This document shows, in pieces, positions 53,804-61,546 of a stretch of DNA of 64,000 nucleotides (position 1 is the first letter of the stretch; each line of letters starts with the position of its first letter). The DNA is from a virus. The translations under genes were made by a program, and so were the position numbers. Where the stretch lies: the IMG/VR virus record IMGVR_UViG_3300045988_156245. One strand, given 5' to 3'. A model generated the notes under the pieces. That model saw only the letters and a list, made by a program, of their open reading frames with translations. It ran no database searches and was not told where the DNA came from.

Positions 53804-53968
53804 GAGCCTGAGCGAGCGACAGGCTCCGAGTCCCAGTCCCATACTCTATATGGCGAATTTTTCTGAGTGTTTGAACTTGCATATTTTTTTCTACCGCGTC
53901 CCGAAATCCTTTACCGGCATCTCCGCATATGGCCGCCAATTCTGAGTGTTTTGAGTCCCCTATTTTTT
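53804..53968 (+). ncRNA. candidate structured non-coding RNA (GC-rich island)
   Basis: about 165 nt, visibly GC-rich against the AT-rich background; 5' hairpin cggagcctg/caggctccg (53802-53828); internal duplication atatggc(c)g..aatt(t)tctgagtgttt(t)ga at 53848 and 53927; ends in tattttttaa; no plausible ORF on the plus strand. Confidence 0.4.
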
Positions 53969-54060
53969 AATTTGATTTTTATAAAAAAATATGATATAAT
54001 AATAAAAAAAGACTAAAATATTCCCGCTGCCTTTCTCCGCCTTATTATAATATTTCTAAT

Positions 54061-54292
54061 GTCTTTTCCATAAAACTATATTTCTAACATTTCCTGCCCG
54101 TTTATCAATAGAATAATATAGCAAAAACTTTTTCTCTCACTTCATTTTTCAGTGTTTATTTTTTCAAGAGTGCAACTTAACAATTTAAGCCTAAAAAATT
54201 TTAGCATTTTTGCTTACTCTAAGTCTTATTCATAAAACTTATATTCTAACATTTTCCGCCAAATCAATAGCACAATAATATAACAAAATTCA
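54061..54292. repeat. pair of ~68-bp imperfect direct repeats in a 350-bp ORF-free gap
   Basis: gtcttttccataaaactatatttctaacatttcctgcccgtttatcaatag... (54061-54128) versus gtcttattcataaaacttatattctaacattttccgccaaatcaatag... (54223-54292). Confidence 0.75.
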
Positions 54293-54310
54293 GTCCACTC
54301 TTCCCAATTG

Positions 54311-54336
54311 AATTTTATAAAAATTTTTAGTATAAT
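54311..54336 (+). promoter_or_regulatory. AT-rich class B promoter with conserved leader
   Basis: ttttataaaaatttttagTATAAT then atatatataagataaagaaag. Confidence 0.5.
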
Positions 54337-54375
54337 ATATATATAAGATAAAGAAAGAAATAAGAGGTAATAAAA

Positions 54376-54777
54376 ATGGTAAAAGATATTTCAACTATGA
54401 TAGCAGAAGGTGCAACAAGAGCAGAAATTATGGCAGTTATTGATGAACAGATTGCCGCACGTGATAGTAAGAGTAAGCGTGCAGAGAATAAGAAAGACAT
54501 TTGTGATATGATGACATCTCTTGAAAACATTTTAGTAAGAGAAGGTATTATTACTGAGGCGGAAAGAACTGACTTTGCGAATGACCCTATAATGGACACC
54601 ATGACTAATGCTTTTATTGAAGCTATGAGAGAAGAAAGAGCATCAGGAAGCTTTATTCCAAAGGTTGGATTTGCTTCTGCTGAAAAACCAAGAGTAAGAG
54701 TAAAAAGAAGTGAAAATAATGAACCTGAAGATATTGATGCGGCAATCAATGACTTCTTAAAGCACTTAAATGATTAA
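54376..54777 (+). CDS. hypothetical acidic protein (133 aa)
   Basis: ORF behind the conserved leader; terminator follows. Confidence 0.6.
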   Translation: MVKDISTMIAEGATRAEIMAVIDEQIAARDSKSKRAENKKDICDMMTSLENILVREGIITEAERTDFANDPIMDTMTNAFIEAMREERASGSFIPKVGFASAEKPRVRVKRSENNEPEDIDAAINDFLKHLND

Positions 54778-54826
54778 ATAGATAGCCTGCATTTTGCAGA
54801 CTATCATATCAAGAGCTAAAGAATTT

Positions 54827-54856
54827 AAGAACTCTAGAAATAGAGTTCTTTTTTTA
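54827..54856 (+). terminator. rho-independent terminator
   Basis: aagaactcta/tagagttctt stem then ttttttt. Confidence 0.7.
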
Positions 54857-54935
54857 TGTTTATATGTGCGGATAACGATGAGGGTAGCGGTAACAAGAGA
54901 AGATGAAAGTGATATAGGTCGGGTCCCGTGCCACC

Positions 54936-55140
54936 CACTCTACTTAATTTCACTTAATTTTATATAATTCTACTCAATTTTACTCAGTTTTATTTATTTT
55001 CTGCTCAAATTTTATTTAATCTTTACTTAATCTTACTTATTTTCCACTCAATTTTTTATTTACCTTCACTTAATTTTATCTTATCTACTCTACTTAATTT
55101 AACTTACTTTAATTTTATCTTATCTTTATCCCACTTTCCC
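54936..55140. repeat. degenerate array of about 11 (C/T)ACT(T/C)AATTTTA-like direct repeats
   Basis: ctctacttaattt, cacttaatttta, tactcaatttta, actcagtttta, gctcaaatttta, tacttaat, cttacttatttt, cactcaatttttt, cacttaatttta, tacttaattta, cttactttaatttta at 10-22 bp intervals. Confidence 0.7.
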
Positions 55141-55161
55141 TTATCATTTTATAATTATTTT

Positions 55162-55383
55162 TTATTCCTGACATCTGCTATCTTCATAAACTTCCATCGC
55201 CCTTCTCAGCCCTCTCACTCTTTTATTCTTCCTTTTTTCCCAAATGGTTCTACTATTTTCTCTTATAAATATCTCTCTTACCAATACTCCATTAACAAAA
55301 ACTATACCTTTATCACATTTCCATTTAAAAACTGGCTGTTCCATTTGGTCCAAATCAGTTTTCTGTAGTTTCCTTTTCATCAC
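55162..55383 (-). CDS. hypothetical basic protein (73 aa)
   Basis: ORF; start overlaps the end of the 58-aa ORF. Confidence 0.5.
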   Translation of the reverse strand: MMKRKLQKTDLDQMEQPVFKWKCDKGIVFVNGVLVREIFIRENSRTIWEKRKNKRVRGLRRAMEVYEDSRCQE

Positions 55384-55531
55384 TACCTCCCGTTACTTTA
55401 TCTAAATCTTCCAAAATTTTTTCCAATTTCATTTGCAATTCTTTTTTCTGTCTCCTAGCTTCTTGCTCTGCGGCAGTTGCTTCCATTTGATTTTTTCGCA
55501 AATTTTTAACCAAACTTTCTTTTTTATTCAT
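55355..55531 (-). CDS. small coiled-coil ORF (58 aa)
   Basis: MNKKESLVKNLRKNQMEATAAEQEARRQKKELQMKLEKILEDL...; ggaagga RBS; below the ORF-track cutoff. Confidence 0.4.
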   Translation of the reverse strand: MNKKESLVKNLRKNQMEATAAEQEARRQKKELQMKLEKILEDLDKVTGGSDEKETTEN

Positions 55532-55573
55532 AATCTCATCTTCCTTCCGCCATTAAGCCCAAAATTCTCATAA

Positions 55574-55624
55574 GGTTAATTTCAAATCAGCTGAGCGAAG
55601 CGAAGCTAAGATTTGAAATTAACC
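55574..55624. other. perfect 15-bp-stem hairpin
   Basis: ggttaatttcaaatc/gatttgaaattaacc with a 21-nt GC-rich loop. Confidence 0.7.
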
Positions 55625-55681
55625 GTTCATACTATTTTTTAATAGCCTCTATTTTTCAAAAAATCTATTACTATTATTAAG

Positions 55682-55799
55682 GGTAACACTTCATTAACAT
55701 TTTTAATTAAACTTGGTACACTTTATTAACAATCATTTAAGCAAAGTTGGTACACTTTTTTAACATTTATTTAAAATTTTTTGGTACACTTTATTAACA
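55682..55799. repeat. four 17-18-bp iteron-like direct repeats, 33-34 bp phasing
   Basis: ggtaacacttcattaaca 55682, ggtacactttattaaca 55715, ggtacacttttttaaca 55749, ggtacactttattaaca 55783. Confidence 0.85.
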
Positions 55800-55805
55800 T
55801 TTTTC

Positions 55806-56432
55806 TTAAATAATTTTTGTTTTAACTTCTTCTTCATTAAAATTTAAAGTATTATTAACACTGTCTAAATAATATTTAGTTTTATTGCCTTCCATTTGAG
55901 CATGGTATTCAATTAAATCTAATTTTTTTAAAACAAAAAGTATATCTAATATAGTTTGATTACTAGCCCCTTTATTTTTAGTACTTAAACCTAAAATAGC
56001 TTTAATATAGCTTAAAGAAAAAGGTCCAGATTTTTCTTCGTTTTTATACCATATCTTAATTAAAATTGCTAATACAGATAAACTTCTTTCTTTTAATGTA
56101 TTAACTAAAACCCTAACAGTATTAATAGGCAATAGAGTAGCAATATTACTATCTAATACAACTAATTCATACATCTTTACTTCTTCATTATAAATAATAA
56201 GACCACTATCTAATAAATTATGAAAATTTTTTGATGCAGTTTGTCTTGTTATTCCTAATCCTTCTGCAAGATTAACAAATTTACAATCTTCCTTTTTTAC
56301 AAATCTAGCTTCCATATCTGGAAAAGTTACAGAAATAGATTGCAAATAACCATACATTCTGTCTGAATAGGTTCTACTAGATAAATAATGCTTATCACTA
56401 GGCATTTGTCTTGAATTTTTTTCTATTTTCAT
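55806..56432 (-). CDS. double winged-helix DNA-binding protein (RepA-like initiator or repressor candidate)
   Basis: 208 aa; two wHTH-like segments NLAEGLGITRQTASKNFHNLLDSGLIIY and YIKAILGLSTKNKGASNQTILDILFVLKKLDLIEY; flanked by inverted iteron arrays. Confidence 0.45.
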   Translation of the reverse strand: MKIEKNSRQMPSDKHYLSSRTYSDRMYGYLQSISVTFPDMEARFVKKEDCKFVNLAEGLGITRQTASKNFHNLLDSGLIIYNEEVKMYELVVLDSNIATLLPINTVRVLVNTLKERSLSVLAILIKIWYKNEEKSGPFSLSYIKAILGLSTKNKGASNQTILDILFVLKKLDLIEYHAQMEGNKTKYYLDSVNNTLNFNEEEVKTKII

Positions 56433-56534
56433 ATAAATAATCTCCTTTCACCTTTATATAAAAATAGTCCAAATACTGTTTTTAACTTTTGTCCTATGTT
56501 TATTAACGCTTTTATTATCTTTAAATATTTTATT

Positions 56535-56621
56535 AAAAATGTTAGCAAAAAATGTTAATAAAGTGCACCACTTAACAGTTTATCCAAAAATGTTAATAAA
56601 AAATGTTAATAAACTGCACCA
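56535..56621. repeat. iteron copies in opposite orientation upstream of the wHTH gene
   Basis: tgttaataaagtgcacc 56553-56569 and tgttaataaactgcacc 56604-56620, each preceded by an aaaaatgtta half repeat (56540, 56591). Confidence 0.8.
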
Positions 56622-56814
56622 TTCTTATTAAAAATGCGGGAAGGCTGCCTTTATGTTGCCATTAATCAAGAACATCCGCATTATTATACGATTCTTAGCA
56701 TTTTTATTAAAACTCGTAACGATTTTGCTTGATTTCTTATCAAGAGCCAAAAATCATCCAAATTTTCACTATTCTAATAAAGTGCTTTCTACACTACCTA
56801 GTTTATATATTGCG

Positions 56815-57117
56815 TCAGGACCCCTCCCTATCTTCACTAGTAGGACTCCCCGCCTTTTCAGACTCTCTTGGAGTCTCTTGAAGTGTTTCCTCACATAATT
56901 CTCGCTCACATTCAACTTCATCGCCACTTCCGCACTCGTCATAATCTACCTCCACTATAGTTGGCTTTTGTTTTAATCTATCATCAACAGGCATCATATA
57001 TCCACGCACTACCTGATTAAAAAATATACATTGTCCATTTCTAATTGGCACTAAAGGTTTACTACAATCTGTATTAATATTCCATGGACAATTCATCATA
57101 TCACATTTAACTATCAT
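56815..57117 (-). CDS. Cys-rich small protein with acidic tail (100 aa)
   Basis: own consensus promoter 57148-57176 and a ggaaagg leader similar to the plus-strand leaders. Confidence 0.55.
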   Translation of the reverse strand: MIVKCDMMNCPWNINTDCSKPLVPIRNGQCIFFNQVVRGYMMPVDDRLKQKPTIVEVDYDECGSGDEVECERELCEETLQETPRESEKAGSPTSEDREGS

Positions 57118-57147
57118 AATATTTATCCTTTCCTTATTTATATAAAT

Positions 57148-57176
57148 ATTATATCAAAATTTTAGAGAATTATCAA
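57148..57176 (-). promoter_or_regulatory. promoter of the minus-strand regulatory cluster
   Basis: reverse complement TTGATA-attctctaaaattttga-TATAAT (N17, TGn). Confidence 0.6.
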
Positions 57177-57214
57177 GTGTAAATACATCATCGCCGCCTT
57201 TAAAAACTACTTCA

Positions 57215-57243
57215 TTTATTTTTTATAAAATTTATTATATAAT
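57215..57243 (+). promoter_or_regulatory. AT-rich class B promoter
   Basis: ttttttataaaatttattaTATAAT then atttatataagatatgaaaagg. Confidence 0.5.
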
Positions 57244-57276
57244 ATTTATATAAGATATGAAAAGGAGTGAATAAAT

Positions 57277-58386
57277 ATGACAACTATTATACAAACTGGA
57301 ACTAAATATGATTTATATGATTCAAGTATACAGACACATCAGTCTTTACCTGCGGGAATCTATAAGGTAACTTTTAACCCTCAGTCAGGACATCAATTAT
57401 TATATGTTGCGGATAAGAATGATATTAAAGAAAAAATTTATGGCGTTCATACAAAGAAAGTTGAAAAAGTATTAAATACATTTCGTAACTTCAATAGAAG
57501 CGAAGGAGTGTTATTAAGCGGCGATAAAGGTATTGGTAAATCTTTATTCACTAAATTATTAACAAATGCGGTAATTGATATGGGATTACCAGTTATTTAT
57601 GTTAATGAAGCTAGTCCAAATTTAGGGGATTATATTGATAGTATTCCTACTGAATGTATGATTTTATTTGATGAATTTGATAAAACTTTTAGTTCTCCTT
57701 ATGAACAAAATGATTTATTATCACTTTTTGACGGAACTTCTCGTAATAAAAAGTTATTTGTAATTACTTGTAATAATTTAGATAGCCTTAGTTCATTTTT
57801 GGTAAATAGACCAGGAAGATTTCATTATCATATCTGCTTTAAATATCCTACATCAGAAGATATTGTAAAATATTTAAAAGATAAGTTAGATGAAAAATAT
57901 TGGGGCGAGATACCAAAAGTAGTAAAGCGAGCAACCGCAATTAAAACAAACTATGATACTTTAAGAGCAATAGCTTATGAACTTCAGCAAGGTTGGTCTT
58001 TTGAAGAAGCAATAGAAGATTTAAACATTGATAAAGGTAATAAAACAATTTATTTTAATATATGCTATACGCAAAAAAATAAAGAACGTCATAGTCTTAA
58101 AGTACCATTTGTTCCTTCTAAAGTAGAAGCGGAAAAGGTAAAATTATCACTTACAGATAAATTGGGAAATTTTATTGGTGAAGCAATATTTTCTACTGAT
58201 GATTTTTACTTTGATATAAATGATAATGATTTTAAACTTAATATAGAAAAAGCAACTTATCAGTTTAGCACAATTAAACGTGGTATATATATGTCACAGG
58301 ATGGAGAAGAAATTGTAACTGACAAAGACAAAGAAAATGCAGTTATCACTGAAATTGTTATTACCAATATATCAGAAGATTTTTGA
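57277..58386 (+). CDS. classic-clade AAA ATPase
   Basis: 369 aa; Walker A LLSGDKGIGKS, Walker B MILFDEFD, sensor-1 VITCNN, SRH NRPGRFHY; about 130-aa C-terminal domain of unknown type. Confidence 0.75.
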   Translation: MTTIIQTGTKYDLYDSSIQTHQSLPAGIYKVTFNPQSGHQLLYVADKNDIKEKIYGVHTKKVEKVLNTFRNFNRSEGVLLSGDKGIGKSLFTKLLTNAVIDMGLPVIYVNEASPNLGDYIDSIPTECMILFDEFDKTFSSPYEQNDLLSLFDGTSRNKKLFVITCNNLDSLSSFLVNRPGRFHYHICFKYPTSEDIVKYLKDKLDEKYWGEIPKVVKRATAIKTNYDTLRAIAYELQQGWSFEEAIEDLNIDKGNKTIYFNICYTQKNKERHSLKVPFVPSKVEAEKVKLSLTDKLGNFIGEAIFSTDDFYFDINDNDFKLNIEKATYQFSTIKRGIYMSQDGEEIVTDKDKENAVITEIVITNISEDF

Positions 58387-58405
58387 TAATCATAAAAAAA
58401 TATTA

Positions 58406-58462
58406 TATAATATATATAGAAAGTAAAAAAGAAAAGCAGTTTTACCAAAAAGGTAAAACTGC
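58406..58462 (+). promoter_or_regulatory. class B promoter plus 5'-UTR hairpin
   Basis: tattaTATAAT (58406-58411); 11-bp stem gcagttttacc/ggtaaaactgc 58436-58462 ahead of the RBS. Confidence 0.5.
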
Positions 58463-58490
58463 TAATAAAAATTAGAGAGAGGTGTTTTAT

Positions 58491-58796
58491 ATGATTATGA
58501 ATAAGAAATTATATGAAGAAGTTTTCAAGACAGTTGTTGATGCTTTTGAATTTGAGCAAATTCTTATGGACAATGCAACAATAGATAGAAGAATAACAGA
58601 CTGGTATAATCATACAGATTACACTGATGTAGAAACTTTGGCGGCGTTAGTTATGGGAAGTGAATATAGAGCATCTATAACTTGTGATGAAGTTGAAGAA
58701 ATGAAAGAGTTTTTCTTTCCATCTCACCCTCATTTTGAGTTATCTATTGCTGAAATAGAAATGGCTTTGCATGATTATGATTTTTTATTTGAGTAG
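58491..58796 (+). CDS. hypothetical acidic protein (101 aa)
   Basis: ATG 58491 after the agagagagg RBS. Confidence 0.55.
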   Translation: MIMNKKLYEEVFKTVVDAFEFEQILMDNATIDRRITDWYNHTDYTDVETLAALVMGSEYRASITCDEVEEMKEFFFPSHPHFELSIAEIEMALHDYDFLFE

Positions 58797-58809
58797 GGAG
58801 GAATAAGTT

Positions 58810-58959
58810 ATGTTTGAATATATAAAATTAGCAATGTTACCTTTATCATCTAGTACAGCTTATACTTTAATCAATAGACTAAGTAATAAAGGTAAGGCGG
58901 CGGTTGCCTGTCTTTATGCAGCATGTAGTTTGGGTATAGTGTTTTTAGGGGGTGTATAA
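58810..58959 (+). CDS. small ORF (49 aa), hydrophobic C-terminus
   Basis: gggagga RBS; below the ORF-track cutoff. Confidence 0.4.
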   Translation: MFEYIKLAMLPLSSSTAYTLINRLSNKGKAAVACLYAACSLGIVFLGGV

Positions 58960-58960
58960 A

Positions 58961-59167
58961 ATGCACCCTTTTAAGAAGATTTTAATTTACTTACTTTTAA
59001 CAATAATAACAATTTTAGTTACTATATTAGGTGGTCTTATGTTTGCCGCTTTATTTAGTATACCATTTTTTATAGGTGTTTTAATTTTTATAGCTGTGAT
59101 ATTAATTTGTGAATTTATTATAGTAAAAATAGAAATAAGTATTTATGAGAAAAAAGATGAAGAATAA
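58961..59167 (+). CDS. small membrane protein (68 aa, 2 TM)
   Basis: ILIYLLLTIITILVTILGGLMFAALFSIPFFIGVLIFIAVILI. Confidence 0.55.
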   Translation: MHPFKKILIYLLLTIITILVTILGGLMFAALFSIPFFIGVLIFIAVILICEFIIVKIEISIYEKKDEE

Positions 59168-59256
59168 CTCTTCATCTTTTATTTTATATAAAAATTATTA
59201 TATAATATATTTATAAAGATATAAAAAGAGTAAGTATTAAAAGGAGTTGATACAAT

Positions 59257-59820
59257 ATGACTAAAGCAGAATGGTTAGAAAAACATGGGTTTAATACAGA
59301 CGGAGTAACTTATTGTATATATGGAGAAGATACATACGCTATTAAAGACTGGTTAAAAGAACAAGGAGCTAAATATAATCCAATATTAAAGTGGCATATT
59401 CCAAATAAAATTGAATTATCTGAAGATTTTACATTAATTCCGATTACTTTTGATGAAATTTATGGTTGGGATGAAGAATGTGAAGAAGCTTGTTTCTTTG
59501 AAAAATCAAAACAGATTATTGATAAGAAATTTGCGGAAGCTGCAGGTCCATCTTTATCTGAGTATGTAGGAGAAATAGGTGAGCGTCTCCGCAATTTAAC
59601 AGTAGTATATCATTCAACTCGTGGTTTTAATGGTAATTATGGTTATACCTATATCCATACTTTTTATCATGGCGAAGATTGCTTGGTATGGTTTACTCAG
59701 AAAGAATTATTTTTAGATAAAGGCTCTGTTGTTGATTTAACTGGAACGGTGAAAAAATTTGAAGAATTTAGAGGAGTAAAGACAACTCAGCTTTCAAGAT
59801 GTATTATAAAGGAGATTTAA
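59257..59820 (+). CDS. hypothetical protein with OB-fold-like C-terminal half
   Basis: 187 aa; GERLRNLTVVYHSTRGFNG.YGYTYIHTF...VWFT...GSVVDLTGTVKKFEEFRGVKTTQLSR pattern resembles nucleic-acid-binding OB folds. Confidence 0.4.
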   Translation: MTKAEWLEKHGFNTDGVTYCIYGEDTYAIKDWLKEQGAKYNPILKWHIPNKIELSEDFTLIPITFDEIYGWDEECEEACFFEKSKQIIDKKFAEAAGPSLSEYVGEIGERLRNLTVVYHSTRGFNGNYGYTYIHTFYHGEDCLVWFTQKELFLDKGSVVDLTGTVKKFEEFRGVKTTQLSRCIIKEI

Positions 59821-59822
59821 TT

Positions 59823-60083
59823 ATGGAGGGATATATTATTCCAGCAAAAGAAGCAAAAGAAATTACAGCTGCAGCAAAAGATAGAGCTAGAGAATTAAAA
59901 AAAGTTATGACTGAAATCAATATTGGAATAGGTGAAAGAGCTAAGCAAGGTTATAGTAGCTATCAACCTCAAATACCAATATTTTTTACAAAAGAAATTC
60001 AAGAAATATTACAAAAATTAGGCTATGAAATAACATATTCAATTTCTAATGAAGAAGAAATTGTTTGTATCTATTGGAAATAA
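59823..60083 (+). CDS. small protein, tandem paralog 1 of 3
   Basis: 86 aa; ends ...LQKLGYEITY...IYWK. Confidence 0.55.
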   Translation: MEGYIIPAKEAKEITAAAKDRARELKKVMTEINIGIGERAKQGYSSYQPQIPIFFTKEIQEILQKLGYEITYSISNEEEIVCIYWK

Positions 60084-60101
60084 AAAAGGAGTGAAATATA
60101 A

Positions 60102-60374
60102 ATGAAATATAATATGCCTAAAACACCAAAAGAAAAATTAATGCAGCCGGAAGAATTAAAAGCTTTAACTAAAGAATCTTATGAAGAAGGATATAAAGAA
60201 TTAGTTCGATTATTAAATCTTGAATTTAAAAAGGCGGCGACCTCAGGAAAATTTATGATAACTATTACAACACCTCCTCTTTTTAAAAAAGATATAATAC
60301 CACAGCTAGAAGAAATGGGATATAAAGTAGAAGAGAGTCCTTGTTTTAGTCTGTTTGAAATTTCTTGGAAATAA
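60102..60374 (+). CDS. small protein, tandem paralog 2 of 3
   Basis: 90 aa; ends ...LEEMGYKVEE...ISWK. Confidence 0.55.
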   Translation: MKYNMPKTPKEKLMQPEELKALTKESYEEGYKELVRLLNLEFKKAATSGKFMITITTPPLFKKDIIPQLEEMGYKVEESPCFSLFEISWK

Positions 60375-60394
60375 GATAAAAAGGAGAAGTAAGA

Positions 60395-60682
60395 ATGAGC
60401 ATTATATCTACATTAGAACAAGAAGAACCAATTTTAGTTACCGCAAAAGAACTAAGAAAAATAGTTACTATTGAAAATGATAAAGATTATTATCATTTTT
60501 TAAGAAATGCTAATGAAGCTTTAAAAAACTCTGCTAAACATGGGCGTTTAGCAGGTGAATTTAGCATGCCACCTCAATTTATTGATAGGTTTGCAAAAGA
60601 ATTAAGAAATAATGGTTTTAAAGTTACTATAATGGGTCAAGAGCAGATACGTATTGATTGGAGGAGTGAAGATAATGATTAA
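60395..60682 (+). CDS. small protein, tandem paralog 3 of 3
   Basis: 95 aa; ends ...LRNNGFKVTI...IDWR. Confidence 0.55.
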   Translation: MSIISTLEQEEPILVTAKELRKIVTIENDKDYYHFLRNANEALKNSAKHGRLAGEFSMPPQFIDRFAKELRNNGFKVTIMGQEQIRIDWRSEDND

Positions 60683-60845
60683 AAGATTTTGTGATAGATG
60701 CGAAACTGAGCTTTCAAAAGGCGATTATATTCACCTTAGTATGAATGGGTACGGTCTAAATAAATATAATAATAAATATAATAGTAAAGACGCACAACTT
60801 TGTCATAAATGTGCAAAACTTATATTAAAAATTTTAGAAAGATAG
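60675..60845 (+). CDS. zinc-ribbon mini-protein (56 aa)
   Basis: CDRC...CHKC; ATG after ggagg. Confidence 0.5.
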   Translation: MIKRFCDRCETELSKGDYIHLSMNGYGLNKYNNKYNSKDAQLCHKCAKLILKILER

Positions 60846-60919
60846 TATTTTATTGAATTTTAATAAAAAATATTATATAATATAATTATAAAAGATATAA
60901 AGAAAAGAGGTATTAGATA

Positions 60920-61546
60920 ATGAAGAATATTTTTAAAAATTTTGATTTTGGAGCAATTAAAGACGGACATTTAAGTCATTTAGGTATCGCTATTAAAAAT
61001 AAAATGGGCGAAATGGTATCATATGATACTGATAAAGATGAAATCGTAAATGTAGATTTAATTGATATAGATGCTAAGGGTATGATTTTTAAAATGCCTT
61101 GTGCTATTAAAGATATTAAAAAGGGTGATATTATTATGCATAATGGGGTACCAGTATTCGTAACATCAACAGAAAATGGTATTCAGGTAACTGATGTTGC
61201 GGCAGGTGAAAAGAAAACAATCCTTCCTACAAAATCTATGTTCGGATTTGATTTTGTAACAAAAGTAGTATCAATGATTGACTTTACAGGAATAACTGCA
61301 TCTGAAGATAATCCATTTGGTAATCTTATGCCTCTTATGTTAATGTGCGGCGATGGCGGTTTAAAGGAGAATCTTATTCCGATGATGTTTTTAATGAATC
61401 AGACTAATGGAGAAGATAAGGGAGTTTCCGCATTTGATATGAGCAACCCTTTACTTTTGATGGCTTTAATGCAGGATAAAGGAGGAAGCGAAAGCAATGA
61501 TTTTTTTACAATGATGATTCTTGGTCAGATGATGAAGTCGAAATAG
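60920..61546 (+). CDS. hypothetical protein (208 aa), Met-rich C-terminus; zero-frame product of a possible frameshift gene
   Basis: class B promoter (-10 at 60876-60881); T7 slippery run 61501-61507 lies 13 codons before its stop. Confidence 0.55.
   Translation: MKNIFKNFDFGAIKDGHLSHLGIAIKNKMGEMVSYDTDKDEIVNVDLIDIDAKGMIFKMPCAIKDIKKGDIIMHNGVPVFVTSTENGIQVTDVAAGEKKTILPTKSMFGFDFVTKVVSMIDFTGITASEDNPFGNLMPLMLMCGDGGLKENLIPMMFLMNQTNGEDKGVSAFDMSNPLLLMALMQDKGGSESNDFFTMMILGQMMKSK

Noticed and set aside
53592-53939. 115-aa minus-strand ORF over the GC-rich island
   Set aside because: It runs antisense through a consensus promoter, a terminator hairpin and the 3' end of the 131-aa gene. It has no RBS and is better explained by the locally high GC content keeping a frame open.
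54860-54940. tRNA or tRNA-like element ending in ...gtgccaccca (also the GC patch at 46800-46870)
   Set aside because: No cloverleaf could be drawn. There is no GTTCRAnnC T-loop with a paired T-stem and no acceptor-stem complementarity.
55806-56432. CI-type lysogeny repressor with an adjacent integrase
   Set aside because: No integrase, recombinase or Cro-like divergent partner is visible. The gene is flanked by phased iterons rather than a tripartite operator. A repressor function is not excluded, but the Rep-like layout fits better.
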